Source of the DNA: Octopus bimaculoides
Lineage: Eukaryota
Assembly (NCBI RefSeq): GCF_001194135.2
Contig: NC_068994.1
Coordinates: 40,264,423-40,310,143 of the forward strand
DNA: 45,721 nucleotides
Direction: 5' to 3'
Below are positions 1 to 13,018 of the stretch, piece by piece. The translations under genes and the position numbers were made by a program. Each line of letters begins with the position of its first letter. Within the stretch, counting starts at the first letter, position 1. Under the pieces are notes generated by a model that was not told the origin of the DNA, searched no databases, and saw only the letters and a program-made list of their open reading frames with translations.

Positions 1-352
1 ACCCATCTTTTTTTGAAGCATTCACTAGACAAGACTTCCCTTTCTACTCTCAACTTCCTCTTCAGGTGATACTTGAAGAAGTTGATGAGAGATTGCCCAG
101 AGAGGAAAGTCTTTGTCTCTAGACCTTTCAGACGCGTCCACCATACACATTCTTTCGCCATAGCCACAAGTACGATGAAAATAGCTCTTCCTTCCCGTTT
201 AAAGGAAGGAGGCGCGACAATATTCACGATAGACTCGGCTGATAGACCGACTCGTCCCACACGCGATAGCAGTTGTTTGACGTAAGCCCACAGCTCGGAA
301 ATGGTGGGACACTGTACGAGTGCGTGCAGAACGGTTTCGTCGCTCTGCCGGC
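1..352 (-). mobile_element. 5'-truncated L1/Tx1-clade LINE, ORF2 C-terminal region (continues off the left window edge)
   Basis: Manual minus-strand translation is stop-free from about 350 to 1: QSDETVLHALVQCPTISELWAYVKQLLSRVGRVGLSAESIVNIVAPPSFKREGRAIFIVLVAMAKECVWWTRLKGLETKTFLSGQSLINFFKYHLKRKLRVEREVLSSECFKKRW. ET-x-x-H-x(4)-C is the second half of the L1/Tx1 CCHC knuckle; AK-x-x-(I/V)W-x-TR and F-x-x-RW match my recollection of Tx1-type ORF2 C-termini. Truncated at the (GATA)n tract. Confidence 0.8.
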
Positions 353-420
353 GATAGATAGATAGATAGATAGATAGATTTGTGTGTGTGTTTGTCCTCC
401 ATCACTGCTTGACAACTGGT
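353..420 (+). repeat. (GATA)n/(TG)n microsatellite plus start of the downstream half of a type I SINE
   Basis: GATA repeats 353-378, TG repeats 381-390, then tttgtcctccatcactgcttgacaactggt, which resembles the post-microsatellite segment of the SINE copies at 33560-33600 and 770-830. Confidence 0.7.
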
Positions 421-559
421 GAATTTATGTAATGTAATGTTTGTTTTAGAATAATTCTACATTGTGAGCTGATGAAATCGGATCTAAAATGCTTTATAGA
501 TGAAAACTAAAAGAAAAAAATCCCAAACAATTGAATTTTTACATAGGTGATAGGTGTGT

Positions 560-850
560 CCATGGCTATGTGGTTAAGAAGCTTTATTTTCCAGCACGTA
601 ACTTTGGGTTCAGATCCACTGTATAGAACCTTGGGCGAGTATCTTCTACAATAACTCTGGGTTGATCCATGGTTTGTGAGTGAATTTGGTATATGGAAAC
701 AGTGTGGAAGCTCAATAAATATGCTTATATGTGCATGTACGTATGTGTGTGTGTGTGTGTGTCTTTGTGTCAGTGTTTGCCTTCCACCCGACTGCTTTGC
801 AAACAGTGCAGGTTTGTTTATGCCCCCATAACCTAGTGGTTTGACACCAC
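560..850 (+). mobile_element. Type I tRNA-derived SINE with internal (TG)n microsatellite, decayed
   Basis: Head catggctatgtggttaagaagc...gggttcagatccactg (A/B-box like), gtgagtgaatttggta core, internal (TG)n. Homologous to copies at 33365 and 39140. Boundaries approximate. Confidence 0.75.
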
Positions 851-1329
851 CTTGAAGGGTTTGGTTGAACAAATCAAGTCAGAACTCATTTTTTAATGTT
901 TGGTGCTTATTCCATCGATCTCTTTTGCCAAACCACTAAGTTACTAGGACCAACCTTCTTCATGGTTATTCCACATTTTTAAGATACATGGCATACTTTT
1001 TATAAATATGCCTGTTCAAGTATCAAAATAGCATGAAACTATTAATAGCTCTTTCGGTTGTGTATTTAATTTCACACACACACACACAAACACACACATG
1101 TATATAAACACATGCACGCACACACACACACATGTACACACATACACGCACACATACATATATAGACATTTGTGTTTTGCATGGTTCCTACCACTGGGTG
1201 CCTTTTCTAATGCCAACCATGTTACAGAGTGCCAGTGCTATTATGTGACACCAACACAGGCATTTCATGTGTGGCACCAGCATGGGTGCTTTTTACGTGG
1301 AAAGATATGTAGATGATAGGATTCCACAC

Positions 1330-1472
1330 AATCTCTATCTACCAAATTCACTCAGAAGGCATGCATTGATTAGAGAATATAATAGAAGTCTCTTGCCAAT
1401 GGTACCATGTAGCAGGACTGAGCTTGAAACCATGTGGTTACAAAACAATCTTCGAAACAACACAGCCATGCC
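1330..1472 (-). mobile_element. Type I SINE head fragment
   Basis: Reverse complement reads ggcatggctgtgttgtttcgaag...accacatggtttcaagctcagtcctgctac, matching the heads of the other type I copies. Confidence 0.65.
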
Positions 1473-2209
1473 GGTGAATTCAAAAAAAAAAAAAAATCTG
1501 GATACTGTTCCAAACACAAACCACAGACCGGATGCATTTTATCAGGCTCTTAGCAGCGGTGAATATTCCTCTGACAAGCATGGAGTTTTCATCCAACCCT
1601 ACATTCTCTTTAATATACTTCATATTACCATATTTTAGCAACTATTGTGCAGTCTATGAAACCTTTATTTTGACAAACACTTCCTACTTTTAAATTATCT
1701 ATGCTAGCAACTTTGTCAATAAACTATTAATTTAAATCACGTTTCATTTTTATTTTTATTTTTAGTGATAGGTAAACAAGGATTAAGTAGTTGATAAGTG
1801 TTTACATATTTTAAGTAGAAAGTTTTTATGAAGATATACAAAGCTAATGTATGAATCAATAAAAATCTAGTGTCTATTGGGAATCAAAGCCACATCCTCT
1901 TTGTTGAAAACTCAGTGTAATTACCACTATAGCTTAAGCCTTGTGATGATATCAGTTCCCCTGTTTATGCTTTAATACAGATATTCAGTCTGTAATTATT
2001 TGAATCCCTGGATAAATGTATTTATGAATGCAATTGTTTGTTTTGATTCTGTCTTTCAGTTTTACCATACTGCAGACTCAGTTGCAAATCTTTTCCTCAT
2101 TATTCTGACATTAAAGTAGCTATCTTTGACTAATTCATTTAGGATTAGCAGAAATATTAATGATATATGTGTGCGTTATATACATATATACATACATACA
2201 TACATATAC

Positions 2210-2249
<40 letters not shown>

Positions 2250-2471
2250 GTATGTATATATATATGTATGTATGTATGTATATATATATATGCATATATA
2301 TATATATTTACATATATATATATTTACATACACATGCACATATATAAACACACACTTGTGAATGGGTGTATGTATATACATTTACTTAGTGTGTGATTGC
2401 AAAGTGGAACTTTAGATATACCACGCTACATGTATCTACACACACACACACACAACATAAATGTATATGCA

Positions 2472-2565
<94 letters not shown>

Positions 2566-3024
2566 AATTTATATATATATATATATACAAATTTATATAT
2601 ATATATATGTGTGTGTGTATATATTATTTATGTATGAGTATCTATTTATGTATGCATGCATGTATCTTTGTAGCTAGTATTGTAGGTTTCATTTATAAAG
2701 CAAAGAGACCAGATATCTTCAAGATCAAAACAATATTATTACAATTTCACACTAGATATTCTGCAAGAAGGAAAACAATGTATTTGATGTTTTATTAATT
2801 AACAGAATATCAGCCACTCTGTGTACAACTCAAAGATAATGCATTGCTGCTGGTAGGAATTAGAAATGTGAAATGATGTTTAAAGGTGGTTGATTATAAA
2901 ATACAGCAAAAGAACATATCGGATATCACAATGGATTTGCAAGAAAGGAAATTATATAACACCAACGTAAAATTAATACTTCTATGATTGTGTATTTATT
3001 TTCAGTTTGTTTCACCACCACCAT

Positions 3025-3242
3025 TTTAGCATCTACTGTTCCATGCTTGCATGGGCCAGATGGCATATGTTGTGGCAGATTCTCTGTGACTGGATGCTCT
3101 TCCTGTCAACAACCCTCACCTGTTTCCAAGCAAAGTAATATTTTCCCCATAGCTTGACATATTTTCTTGGAAGATTGGAAATGAATAACATTACAATATG
3201 ATGATGATGCTCAGTCATAACCTTCATGCAATGTATAGAGAA

Positions 3243-3317
<75 letters not shown>

Positions 3318-3460
3318 TGCACACACATGCACACACATGCACACACAAACTGACAAGGCTTTTGTTGGCCTGGTATTGTAAGAGAAATCACTTGTCCAGG
3401 ATACTGTGTTGTGCTGTGGGATTGAATCCAAGACCATAAGATTGGGAAGCAAGCTGTGTG
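3025..3460 (-). mobile_element. SINE-derived composite: 3' tail fragment, (CA)n tract 3245-3345, type I head fragment
   Basis: ttccatgcttgcatggg...ctggatgctcttcct resembles the repeats at 17370-17520 and 31490-31640; acaaggcttttgttggcc...gattgaatccaagaccataagattgggaagcaagc is a reverse-complemented type I head. Confidence 0.55.
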
Positions 3461-3541
3461 TTACATCACTTTTTGAAATGCAATTTATGGTGTCTGATTA
3501 TGTTGTGAGTTTTCTCTTGTAAATCAATTTTTTATGAAACC

Positions 3542-4060
3542 ATGGATAGATCAAAAAATCGTGTTGTTTATGAATGAGTTCCATTGTGGAACCAGTGCAT
3601 CTCAGACAGCTCAAAACATCAATGAGGTGTTTGGAGATGTGACAAATGAGCGCACTGTACATCGATGGTTTAAGAAGTTCTGGACTGGTGACTATATTCT
3701 TGAAAATCAGCCGCATGGTAGACCTGAGACCAAGGTGGATAATGATGAGCTGGAAACTATAGTGGAAGTGGATACACCTCAAACTATGTGTGAGCTAGCA
3801 GCAAGGTTTGATGTTTCTATTTCAACAGTATTGGACCATCTGAAACAAATCAGCAACGTAAAGAAGCTGGACAAGGGGGTACCACAAGAACTGAATGAGC
3901 ATCAAATGTCACATCATCTTGAAACTTGCTGTTCTTTGCTGTCATGGCACAATAACAAACCATATTGTTATGTGTGATGAAAAATGGATACTTCTCAACA
4001 ATAGCAAATGTTCTGCATGATGGTTGGATAGAGATGAAGTGCCAAAACTGCAACATATGT
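3542..4060 (+). mobile_element. Mariner (Tc1/mariner, Mos1/Hsmar1-like) transposase pseudogene, N-terminal part only
   Basis: EFHCGTSASQTAQNINEVFG...RTVHRWFKKF (HTH), GRP, KKLDKGVPQELNEHQ (degenerate WVPHEL), then after a frameshift CDEKWIL...WLDRDEVPK (first catalytic Asp region). Frameshifts and a stop are present; the rest of the DD34D domain and TIRs were not seen. Confidence 0.92.
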
Positions 4061-4169
4061 ATGTATGTATATACAATTCAGTTCCTTCCCAAGAACACCT
4101 GAATCATGTAATAACTGATTTGTAAGTGGCAACATTTCCATAAAATACCCAGCAACCATAAATGGGAAT

Positions 4170-5010
4170 CACTAAATTCAGTGAGCTGAGTTTTGATGGA
4201 AAATTTCCAGACTGAGGGGACCAAAGTGTTGCCCTGATCTGAACAATTCCTGTAGAAGTAAGGACAGAAAAGAAACAGGCATGCTGCAGTGTATCATTAG
4301 TAGAGCAGTTGGAATCATAAAAGATGTTCAATATTATTTAATTATGCATTCAATTCTGCACTCTGTCAAGAGTGGACAGTGCATGTTTGGAGGAACCTGC
4401 CCAAATGTGTGAGCAGCTGTCTATTTTTAAGTAGAGATGACCCTTGTAGAGATACAGTAGATCCTCAAGTTTTCTTTTGCATTATCTATTTAGGTTACTA
4501 AAAATATTTACTATGTCCAAAATGCTGGAGGTTCTTAGAGGTGAGATTTCAAAATGATATATCATCATAAAATATGTGAAGGATATTTGCAGCATGTCAA
4601 GTAAATTATTACTAACCAGCAGGAAGACTGTAAACTCCAGGACATATCCCTGGGGTACACCAACATTGATTTCATAGAAAAGTAAAGGCTATGCTTAGGA
4701 CCCTTCCAGTGCCCTGGAGGTTATTGGATAGAAAGGAGGAATTTTTCTTTGGACTGAAGACATGTTCTAATGGCTAGTGTATAAGTGAACTCTGCTTAAA
4801 TAGCCAAGTGCCTGGTGGTTGTGTTAAACTGTTAAATGGTTCTTTTGGCAGACATCAACACAGTTTCTTTCTAACCAAGTTTATCTTCTGTCATAGCCTT
4901 GGTTTAACCAAAGTTATGGTTCTAACTCAATGTACTGCAGGTTGTGAGTGAATCTTTCACCATGTAATTGGGAGTGCAATGGTAGCAACTAATAGTAATG
5001 ATCTTTCACT
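4170..5010 (-). mobile_element. CR1/Jockey-group LINE reverse transcriptase remnant, heavily decayed
   Basis: Minus-strand motifs in the expected order: SSFLSN, EINVGVPQGYVL (4648-4661 = GVPQG), HIFYDD (degenerate FADD), SCSHIWAGSSKHALSTLDRVQ (about 4365-4420). Many stops and frameshifts. Confidence 0.85.
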
Positions 5011-5199
5011 TCTTTATCTTTTAAATTAAAAAATTTCTAGTATCAACTTTACCTATCAGACTATCAAGATTAAATTAAATAACACATGTTATTGAGACAA
5101 TACCCTGGAGTTTAACATTAAAATAGGTAAAGGTTTGCAAGTATAATAAGAAAAATACTGAAAAGTAATTGAATAAATTTTCCATATAAATAAATCATA

Positions 5200-5710
5200 A
5201 AATAAATGAGTACAGAGGATTATAAATGTTTAGATATGACAGAGGTAGCTAGAATAACGGAAAATCACATGGAGACGTTTGAAATTAAAGCTTAGATTTA
5301 AGCTTTCCTAACGAAAAAAATACCTAACCATTAATACATATTTGTTTAAGAGGTGTATTGTTGAAGAATCCTAAAGTGAAATAAAGAAGAGCTGCTTAAT
5401 TTAGATAGGAAGAACTTGCGTATAATGCTAGATCCCTGAAGTATAGTTAATAGGATTTATATATCTTGTATAAAAGAGGGGATTAATTGATTGTGAAGAA
5501 TATATGCACAATGAGGAAAATAGTGTAACGTAATGTGATAGAAATAGTGTCGAACTTATTTTGGAATGGGTAAAGAAAGTGAGAATACTTAAGATTGAAG
5601 GATAACACCTGAATAATTCAAGGAAAATACCTTGAAAATATAGAGAGAGCTTGGACGTGAAAGAAAATATGAGCTGTGTTTTAGAGAGATTATATGAATG
5701 TATTAGCATG
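5200..5710 (+). mobile_element. R4/Dong-like (RLE-type) non-LTR RT C-terminal remnant
   Basis: Pieces such as YKCLDM (YKYLG), TINT (AINT), ELLNLDRK, NRIYIS..KEG, LIDCEE...NEENS resemble the R4/Dong pattern LDRKTRK...RLY.PRKEGGRGL. Very decayed. Confidence 0.6.
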
Positions 5711-5942
5711 GTTCAGTGATGCTCATGGGTAAAATAATATAAAATAAAAAAATAAAAATCAAGCATAGAACCTTAGATGGAAACACTGACCACTGTAGCA
5801 TAGGAGTAGGTCCAGAGAACAAATTACATCAAGGTTCATATAGATAAGACCATTGAATCATTATTATATAGAAAATGTGGCAATGGAATGTTTTTGATAC
5901 GTGTATGCAATAAATTGGCTCAGAAGAAAAATATTAGAAGAC

Positions 5943-6119
<177 letters not shown>

Positions 6120-6207
6120 CAGCACAAACTGTTCACTTGAAATAATGAGAAAAGTATATCACAGAAAGAGCAAGACATAGCATAATAGACAAAAATAAAA
6201 AAAATAC

Positions 6208-6266
6208 ACTATCATCATCATCATCACCATCACCATCACCATCACCACCACCACCATCACCGTCAC

Positions 6267-6314
<48 letters not shown>

Positions 6315-6330
6315 TGTTATTATTATTATT
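6208..6330. repeat. (CAT)n/(CAC)n/(ATT)n compound microsatellite
   Basis: Directly visible trinucleotide runs. Confidence 0.95.
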
Positions 6331-6639
6331 GCATAGCAAAAGTCAACAAATTTACAGTAAGGACCATAATTGAATGTATTGACTTGGAGGAAAACTGATC
6401 CAAAGACTTGTTTTTTTTTATTCTGTGTTAAAGCCATATGACTTATGTTGCTAAAAGTGTTAGGGAAATGCATGAAGATCACACCCTTGTTTTGAGACAA
6501 AACACGAGGAAAAGTTTTTTTTATGATTTATATTATATTGTATTATTAATATTATCAATAGTAAAGATTTAATGATTTTTCTCTATTTCTATAAGTAACC
6601 TATAAATGAGATAAAGTGGGACCCCTCCAAATGATGTAA

Positions 6640-6880
6640 TCTCATATTCCTTTATTCTTTGACTTGCTTCAATCATTAGACTTTGACCATGCTGGGGCAC
6701 CACCGTGAAGAGTTTTGTTGATTGATGTGACCCCAGTAATTATTTTTATGTTTAATTCTATCAGGTTAATTTTATCAAGCAAGTGAACAACAGGAACGTA
6801 AACAAACTAACACCTGCTGTTAAATTGTAAGGGAAAAATACATACAAATAGGCATGTACAAACACAAACACATATTCATT
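6640..6880 (-). mobile_element. Type I SINE 3' half
   Basis: ttctttgacttgcttcaatcattagactttgaccatgctggggcaccacc is the reverse complement of the tail seen at 39520-39580 and 33700-33755. Confidence 0.7.
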
Positions 6881-7290
6881 CATACATACATACATACATG
6901 CATACGTACATACATACATACATTCACATATAGGTTCTTGTATATTCGGTAATAATGCGGATATGTTATCTATGAAATGTTATACTATAAATTTAATCTC
7001 ATAACTGTCAATTCATGTTACTGAATGGTTTCATGTTAAAAGGCCCTTCAAGTGTGGGAGGGTGTTGATAAGCATAATGTTACTCAAAGGCTCAAGGGAA
7101 ACATCAATGGATTTGTTTCACCATTCTAGGAAGGCCTGAAAGAGCCTTAGGTACTAGTTAAATAAAGTACTTTCTCACAGTCAATAAAATAAACTAACAG
7201 TCCAGTGCAGGGATAGATTCTTCTTTTCTTTCTCTTTCTCTTCAGGAAAAACTTCTCCAACAACACTTCTCATATATGTACATATATATA

Positions 7291-7333
<43 letters not shown>

Positions 7334-7461
7334 ACATACATTTATATATTCATACATGTATTAGCAGTTTGACTTACTGATGTATCAATCACTTGAAGAT
7401 TGTTAAGGCATATAAATCTTGAAAGTCCAGGAATCATAAAAATACACCCCTGATATATATG

Positions 7462-7506
<45 letters not shown>

Positions 7507-8148
7507 AGAATTCATAAAAAAACAACAGACGAAGACAGGTGATGTAGAAAACAAATAGAGGTATTAGTATAACACTCATATGCATATGTATATATATGTG
7601 TGTGTGTAAGTATATATATACATCTGTGCTTTTGTATGTATGTGTGTGTGTATGTGTGTGTATGTGTGTGTATCAGTGCATTGAAATCCTGTGAAGGTTG
7701 TAAATGAACAATACTGTTGCTCATTACCATTTCACTGTGAAAACATGTTCAGCTAAAGAGGAATATTAGCTTGCTTGGAAGCATGTGAGAGTTGGTGACA
7801 GGAAGGATATCTGGCTGTAGAAAATCAACCCCAACAAAATCCATCACAGCTATGCAAACATGGAAGTGTGGACATTAAATAAGGATAGTGAGAATGATTT
7901 TTTATTATATTGCATTCCTTTAAGTTACGGTGTGTTGTATTTGTGCATGTCAACTTTGCTTTCTACTGTCCTTTGGTTAATAGAATAAGATAAAGCACTA
8001 GAATCCCCATAACTGATAAAACCCCTTAGATATGGCGACCCAGTATAGCTGTACTATGATGACTGTTGCTGGTAAATATGTGCATGTGTGTTTGTGTGTA
8101 TGTACATATATATATGTAAATATATATATGTGTATATTTATATGTACA

Positions 8149-8213
<65 letters not shown>

Positions 8214-9259
8214 GTGCATACACATGTATATATATCTATGTGTGTTTGTGTATATTTGTATATGTAGTAGATAAATATATCAAATGTATTCAACAGACTT
8301 TGTTTGAATATATTTATCACAGGAAAAAAAAAATTAAATATATAAACTTCAAAGAAATTTCAGATAGAAAATTATATTAAATTTGTCACGTATTTCGTAT
8401 TTTCTCCTTATAAGAAATTTTCAGCAGCTAAAAATCTATATTCTTAATTAATTGAATTAGATATCAATGGCAAAATATTCAACTGTTGTATTCTACTGTT
8501 AAAGCCACAACACAAAGGTTGTTTAATTTTGCTTGTGGGAACCCTATAAACATATAAAAATGCGATGAATTAACAAATACTGTGAAATGTCTATATCTAA
8601 ACGACTCACTCATACAAATTTCCAAGAAAATTATTCCTCTGCTGGCATTTATAACACCAATGCAATGACATTATTTTCTAAACGCACTTAAGATCTACCA
8701 CATTAAAGAAAAGTCATATATCGGGGGGAAAACAAGATTTTTGTCTTTTTTTTTTTCACTTCTCCTGGCATTTTAGTTAAAAGTAGTATGCGATTAACAA
8801 GCACATTATAGTTTCTCGTAATAGGGTTGTCCAAAAGCCCACATTGCTATAAAAACACGAAGCATTTACCTGCCAACTATAAACAGAAGTGAAAGCCAAG
8901 TATTGGGTTTGATATCTCTGTTAAATGGATCCATCTAATATGACAAAAATGGCCAAACATTCCTTTCTCTCTCTTCAGCTTGTTTTCCTTCTCTTCTCAA
9001 AACACCAAAAGAGGGAGGAAAAAAGAAAAAAAAAGGGAATATTGTCATGTTCAACGATTGTTCTGTCTGTCGTTCCACTCTCCAATTTCCAAGCCATTAA
9101 ATAGGTTTTTCTACCAGCTAATGCTACTTAGCTATTGGCCGTTTAATCTAACAGTAATCTAGAATTTTAAGTACCAATACAGAGATTTCTAGCTCGCTCA
9201 TAAAAAAATAATAAAAGCTGACAACTATTCTTCATCTCCAAGAGAATTTCTACCATACT

Positions 9260-9520
9260 GAAATTCTCTTGGCTATGTCATATAATTTGACAAAAGAAAA
9301 AGAAAAGGAGGAGGAGAAAATAATGAGAGTAGGAAAGAAAGAAAGAGAGGAGGAAGGAAAGAAAGAAAGAAAGAGGGAGAAAAGACGGAAAGTGAATAAA
9401 GAAAAAGTTGTGGATGAGGAAATAAATAATGGTAGTGATGATGATGATGATGATGATGATGATCATCATCATCATCATCATGCCGCTCATGATGACGACG
9501 ACGATGATGATGATAAGATT
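9260..9520. repeat. Purine-rich low-complexity tract followed by (GAT)n(CAT)n
   Basis: Visible GA-rich run and trinucleotide repeats. Confidence 0.9.
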
Positions 9521-9784
9521 TAACTCAAATTGATGTATACAGCCATTTGTACAAAACCATTTGCGGGGTCTGCATTGAAAGTGTGCAGAAAAGAAAAAAA
9601 AAATGTGACAATTTGAAAGTTTCTAAGTGCTGGGTGTTGGTGAAGGTGGACAAGATAATATAGCTCTTGAAACAAGGAGAATTATCGCCATCATTGTCAG
9701 TGATCAATGTTGGAGATTCCTTCCTAGATAGCATTATAATTGTATCAGCTGAATCTAGCTGCTATGCCAAAAAAAAAAAAATGA

Positions 9785-9788
<4 letters not shown>

Positions 9789-9849
<61 letters not shown>
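9789..9849. repeat. (AAT)n microsatellite
   Basis: Perfect run of about 20 units. Confidence 0.97.
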
Positions 9850-9851
<2 letters not shown>

Positions 9852-11655
9852 ACAAATAAAAGGTCATATTTGAACAACCACAGAACAAGTGGTAATTGTC
9901 TGTTATTTAACACTGCCCAAATTTGACCCAAGGGAAAATTATTTTGGCATAAATTTTACTGTGCAATGTTTATTTGAACTCCCTTAAGTAGAAAAACCAA
10001 TGGAACATATTTTCTCAGAGCCAAAAATCAGAATTTCTACTCTGCTGTGCAAATAAAATAAATAAATATATAACATAAATGGGCAAATAAACAAAAAAGG
10101 CTGCCTAAATAACTGACAAAAACTCTGATATTTCTTCATCTTTTAGGATTTGAAATCATAGTCAAAATTCTAAATTTAAAGATTAGACATTTGTAGCTGT
10201 TATGTTGTTTATATTTCTGTTCTGTACATTTCTGATTTTCATCTACTGAAAAATAACATCGACTTCACTCTTCCATTTTCTTTCCTTCCTTTTTTTTTTT
10301 TTCTTCATTCTGCTTCCTTTTATTTATTTACTTTTTTTTTTCTGGAACCATTATCTGTACCACTGATAAGAAATATGATTTATCACTCCACATGAATTAT
10401 TGACCGGCATCTCTAAAACTGGATAGAGTAGTTATAAACGTAAACTTGATAAATGACTTCATTCGGAATTGTTATCATTAGCATCTGAAGCAGCCACATC
10501 AGATGATAGATCCCTCACAAAACCAAAAACTACCTCAACAAATCTCAGATTTAGCTTGCAACAAAGTCCTCATTAATTTTGCAAATCTCATAAGCTATGC
10601 TCTTTCTCTTTCTTTGTGCTGCAAATCTCAGTATGATTAGGTTTACCTCAGGTAGGAAAATACAGCCTCACAGCCTCTTTCATATATTATATACAAAACA
10701 AACCTCAACCTAAAATATTGGCAATATTTCCTTTTTTTTTTTCTTTTTTAGAAACTAATATTGATCACTTTATGTTATGCAATATTTTTCAAAATCTGTT
10801 TTTCTTTTAGTCAAACTATACTAATATAAGAGAGAGAAAACCAATTATTTCTTAATATTTTTCTCATGCATACACAGCACATACTCTTCAATTAGATATT
10901 AATTTGGAAATTATATTATTTTTCCTTTCTCTTCAGGAATTCAATTTGTATGGCAGGACAATCCTATAATCTTTTAGAAGACAAACAATGTTACTGCTCT
11001 ATCTTGGTCTAGACACATTGTTTCATTGACAGTTTTGTAACAAATCAATATTAATAGACTGATGAACAGAATGTGTTTCTAATTGCAACTGAACTCGTTT
11101 TCTCTTGAAGTTCAGTGCTATGGCAATATGGTTATGATGACATCTAAATGGTGGGGTATGATGTGGTGAAACCAACTTGGTTTCTCTATTTTATATGAAA
11201 TTTGTCTCTGGTACGTGTTAGTAGTAAAATGAAATTAAATTCAGCTTCAGATAGTTTGTTTAAGATTAATGGAATTTAAATAAAGTCTAGAAATGGCTAC
11301 AAATTAATTTTATATTGTGTTGTAAAATAACAAAATAACTACTTCCAATTTGAGTAGAAGACATAATGACTAATTTTTAGCTACGTTTACATTTTATTAA
11401 TGCTTGTGTATGTGTTTGTGTCTGTTTACATATGTGTACATGTGTATATGTGCATGTGGGAGTAGGTGATGTGTTTTTACTCTTTCTCCAGTAGGCATTT
11501 AGTGGCCCTCATCTACTTCCATGTTATAGAAATACATGTAAAACCTTATAATACAAAAACGTGCATATTTCAGATCTTAATCATTTTCCCATGAGACCAG
11601 TAGAACAACTGTGTATTGGAGACATTTACTACATTTATTGCTGTTACTGCTGCCG

Positions 11656-11686
<31 letters not shown>

Positions 11687-11739
11687 CAGTTGTCTATGTT
11701 TAATTACATAAATACATTAAATCAATGAGAAAGTAACTT

Positions 11740-11945
11740 TTGATCACTTGACCGACAAGAAATAGCCACCAAATCTTCCTCAAATCACACCCCAGTTAGA
11801 AAAGGTTATATTAAACAATAGGGTCCCAGTTTTTCTGAACATTGGGAAAATACAGGATGGTTAGGGCAGGAATGCTTTTGATCGCAGGTAGGCCTGATTG
11901 ATCAGGGATGAACTGGGAATAATTAACAACAACAACAACAACAGC
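11740..11945 (+). mobile_element. Type III interspersed repeat (SINE-like) with (AAC)n tail
   Basis: gaaatagccaccaaatcttcctcaaatcacacc...ggatggttagggcaggaatgcttttgatc...gatcaggg...(aac)n; homologous to 12850-13010 and 20375-20600. Confidence 0.65.
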
Positions 11946-12364
11946 AACATGTCAACAGATTAGTGTCTTGTGATTTGGAGACAACAGGTTTCTTCAGTTC
12001 TCAAGAACTTTGTAAAAAAAGTATCCTTGCAGGATAAATAAATGATAGCAGTTTTCCATCACTCCTCTAGCCTAAACACAATTTCAAAACCTTTCAATTG
12101 TCTAAATGGCTGTGTGGGTCCTGTTCTCAATGCTTCAGTTCTGTGACAAAAAGACTAACATTTATGTGAATACATTCATTTATAAACATTCATTTATGGT
12201 GGTATGCTGTCTTTATATCCAGATGGTGTGCATGCATGAATTCCGACTTTCCTTGAAAGTAACAGAAATTTTGTCCAGTGAGCTAAAGATTCTACCAGCT
12301 TGCCACCTTGAATAATAATAATAATGATAACTACAGCAATAACAACAACAACAACAAAAATAAT

Positions 12365-12560
12365 CCTTTCTAGTATAGGCACAGGGCTTGAAATTTTGAG
12401 GAAGGGAGATACATAGACCCAGTGCGTAACTGATACTTATTTCATCAACCCCAGTGCGTAACTGGTACTTATTTCATCGATCCCCACCCCCGCCACCAAA
12501 AAAAGAATGAAAGGCAAAGTCGACCTTGGCAGAATTTGAACTCAAAACATAAGGATGAAT
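12365..12560 (-). mobile_element. Type II tRNA-derived SINE with an internal tandem duplication of about 30 bp
   Basis: gaatgaaaggcaaagtcgaccttggcagaatttgaactca is the reverse complement of the 13019 copy core; cccagtgcgtaactg(a/g)tacttatttcatc occurs twice. Confidence 0.8.
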
Positions 12561-12605
12561 ACAATGCATTCAGGCAGCTTGCCACCTTAAATAATAATAA
12601 TGATG

Positions 12606-12637
<32 letters not shown>

Positions 12638-13018
12638 TAGTTTCTGTCATAGAATCAAAGTAAATGGTCAAGGGAGACTTTTGTACTTTTCAACTGATGA
12701 TTATTTTCATCAAGCTTCCAAGTGTGAAATACAAAGTTGGCACCAGCAAAATTTAAACTCAGAATGTAAAGAGAAGTAAACTTGATCACCAATTAATAAA
12801 CACTACTTGTGTTAACTTTTCTCATGGAGTAGTGGCCTATATGCAGTTGCTCAGCCTGTTAGAAATGGGAGCCAAATTGTTTTCAAATCATTTCTTACCA
12901 TCTTGTAAAGGAAGGGCACTTTAGATAATAGCCCAAGTTATCTCTAAATGAAAAAAAAGGTTTGGTTATGGCTGGATTAGAGTTTTTATGGTCTTTATGA
13001 TATGTCTGTATGATCAAA

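Noticed and set aside
73-415. ORFs 73..285 (+), 199..405 (-) and 224..415 (-)
   Set aside because: Alternative frames over the LINE fragment; the meaningful frame is the stop-free minus frame running off the window edge.
4494-4540. Apparent plus-strand exon with ATG (MSKMLEVLR), good acceptor and gag|gtgaga donor
   Set aside because: It lies within the antisense CR1-type RT remnant between the FADD-like and SHIW motifs; the splice-like signals are probably coincidental.
9269-9523. 84-aa K/E/D/H-rich ORF
   Set aside because: Low-complexity purine tract plus (GAT)n(CAT)n; no splice or homology support.
10935-11010. Acceptor-like site followed by ...KQCYCSIL, resembling EQYYCSVL in the 21730 candidate
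   Set aside because: The similarity is too short, all frames stop quickly, and there is no good donor.
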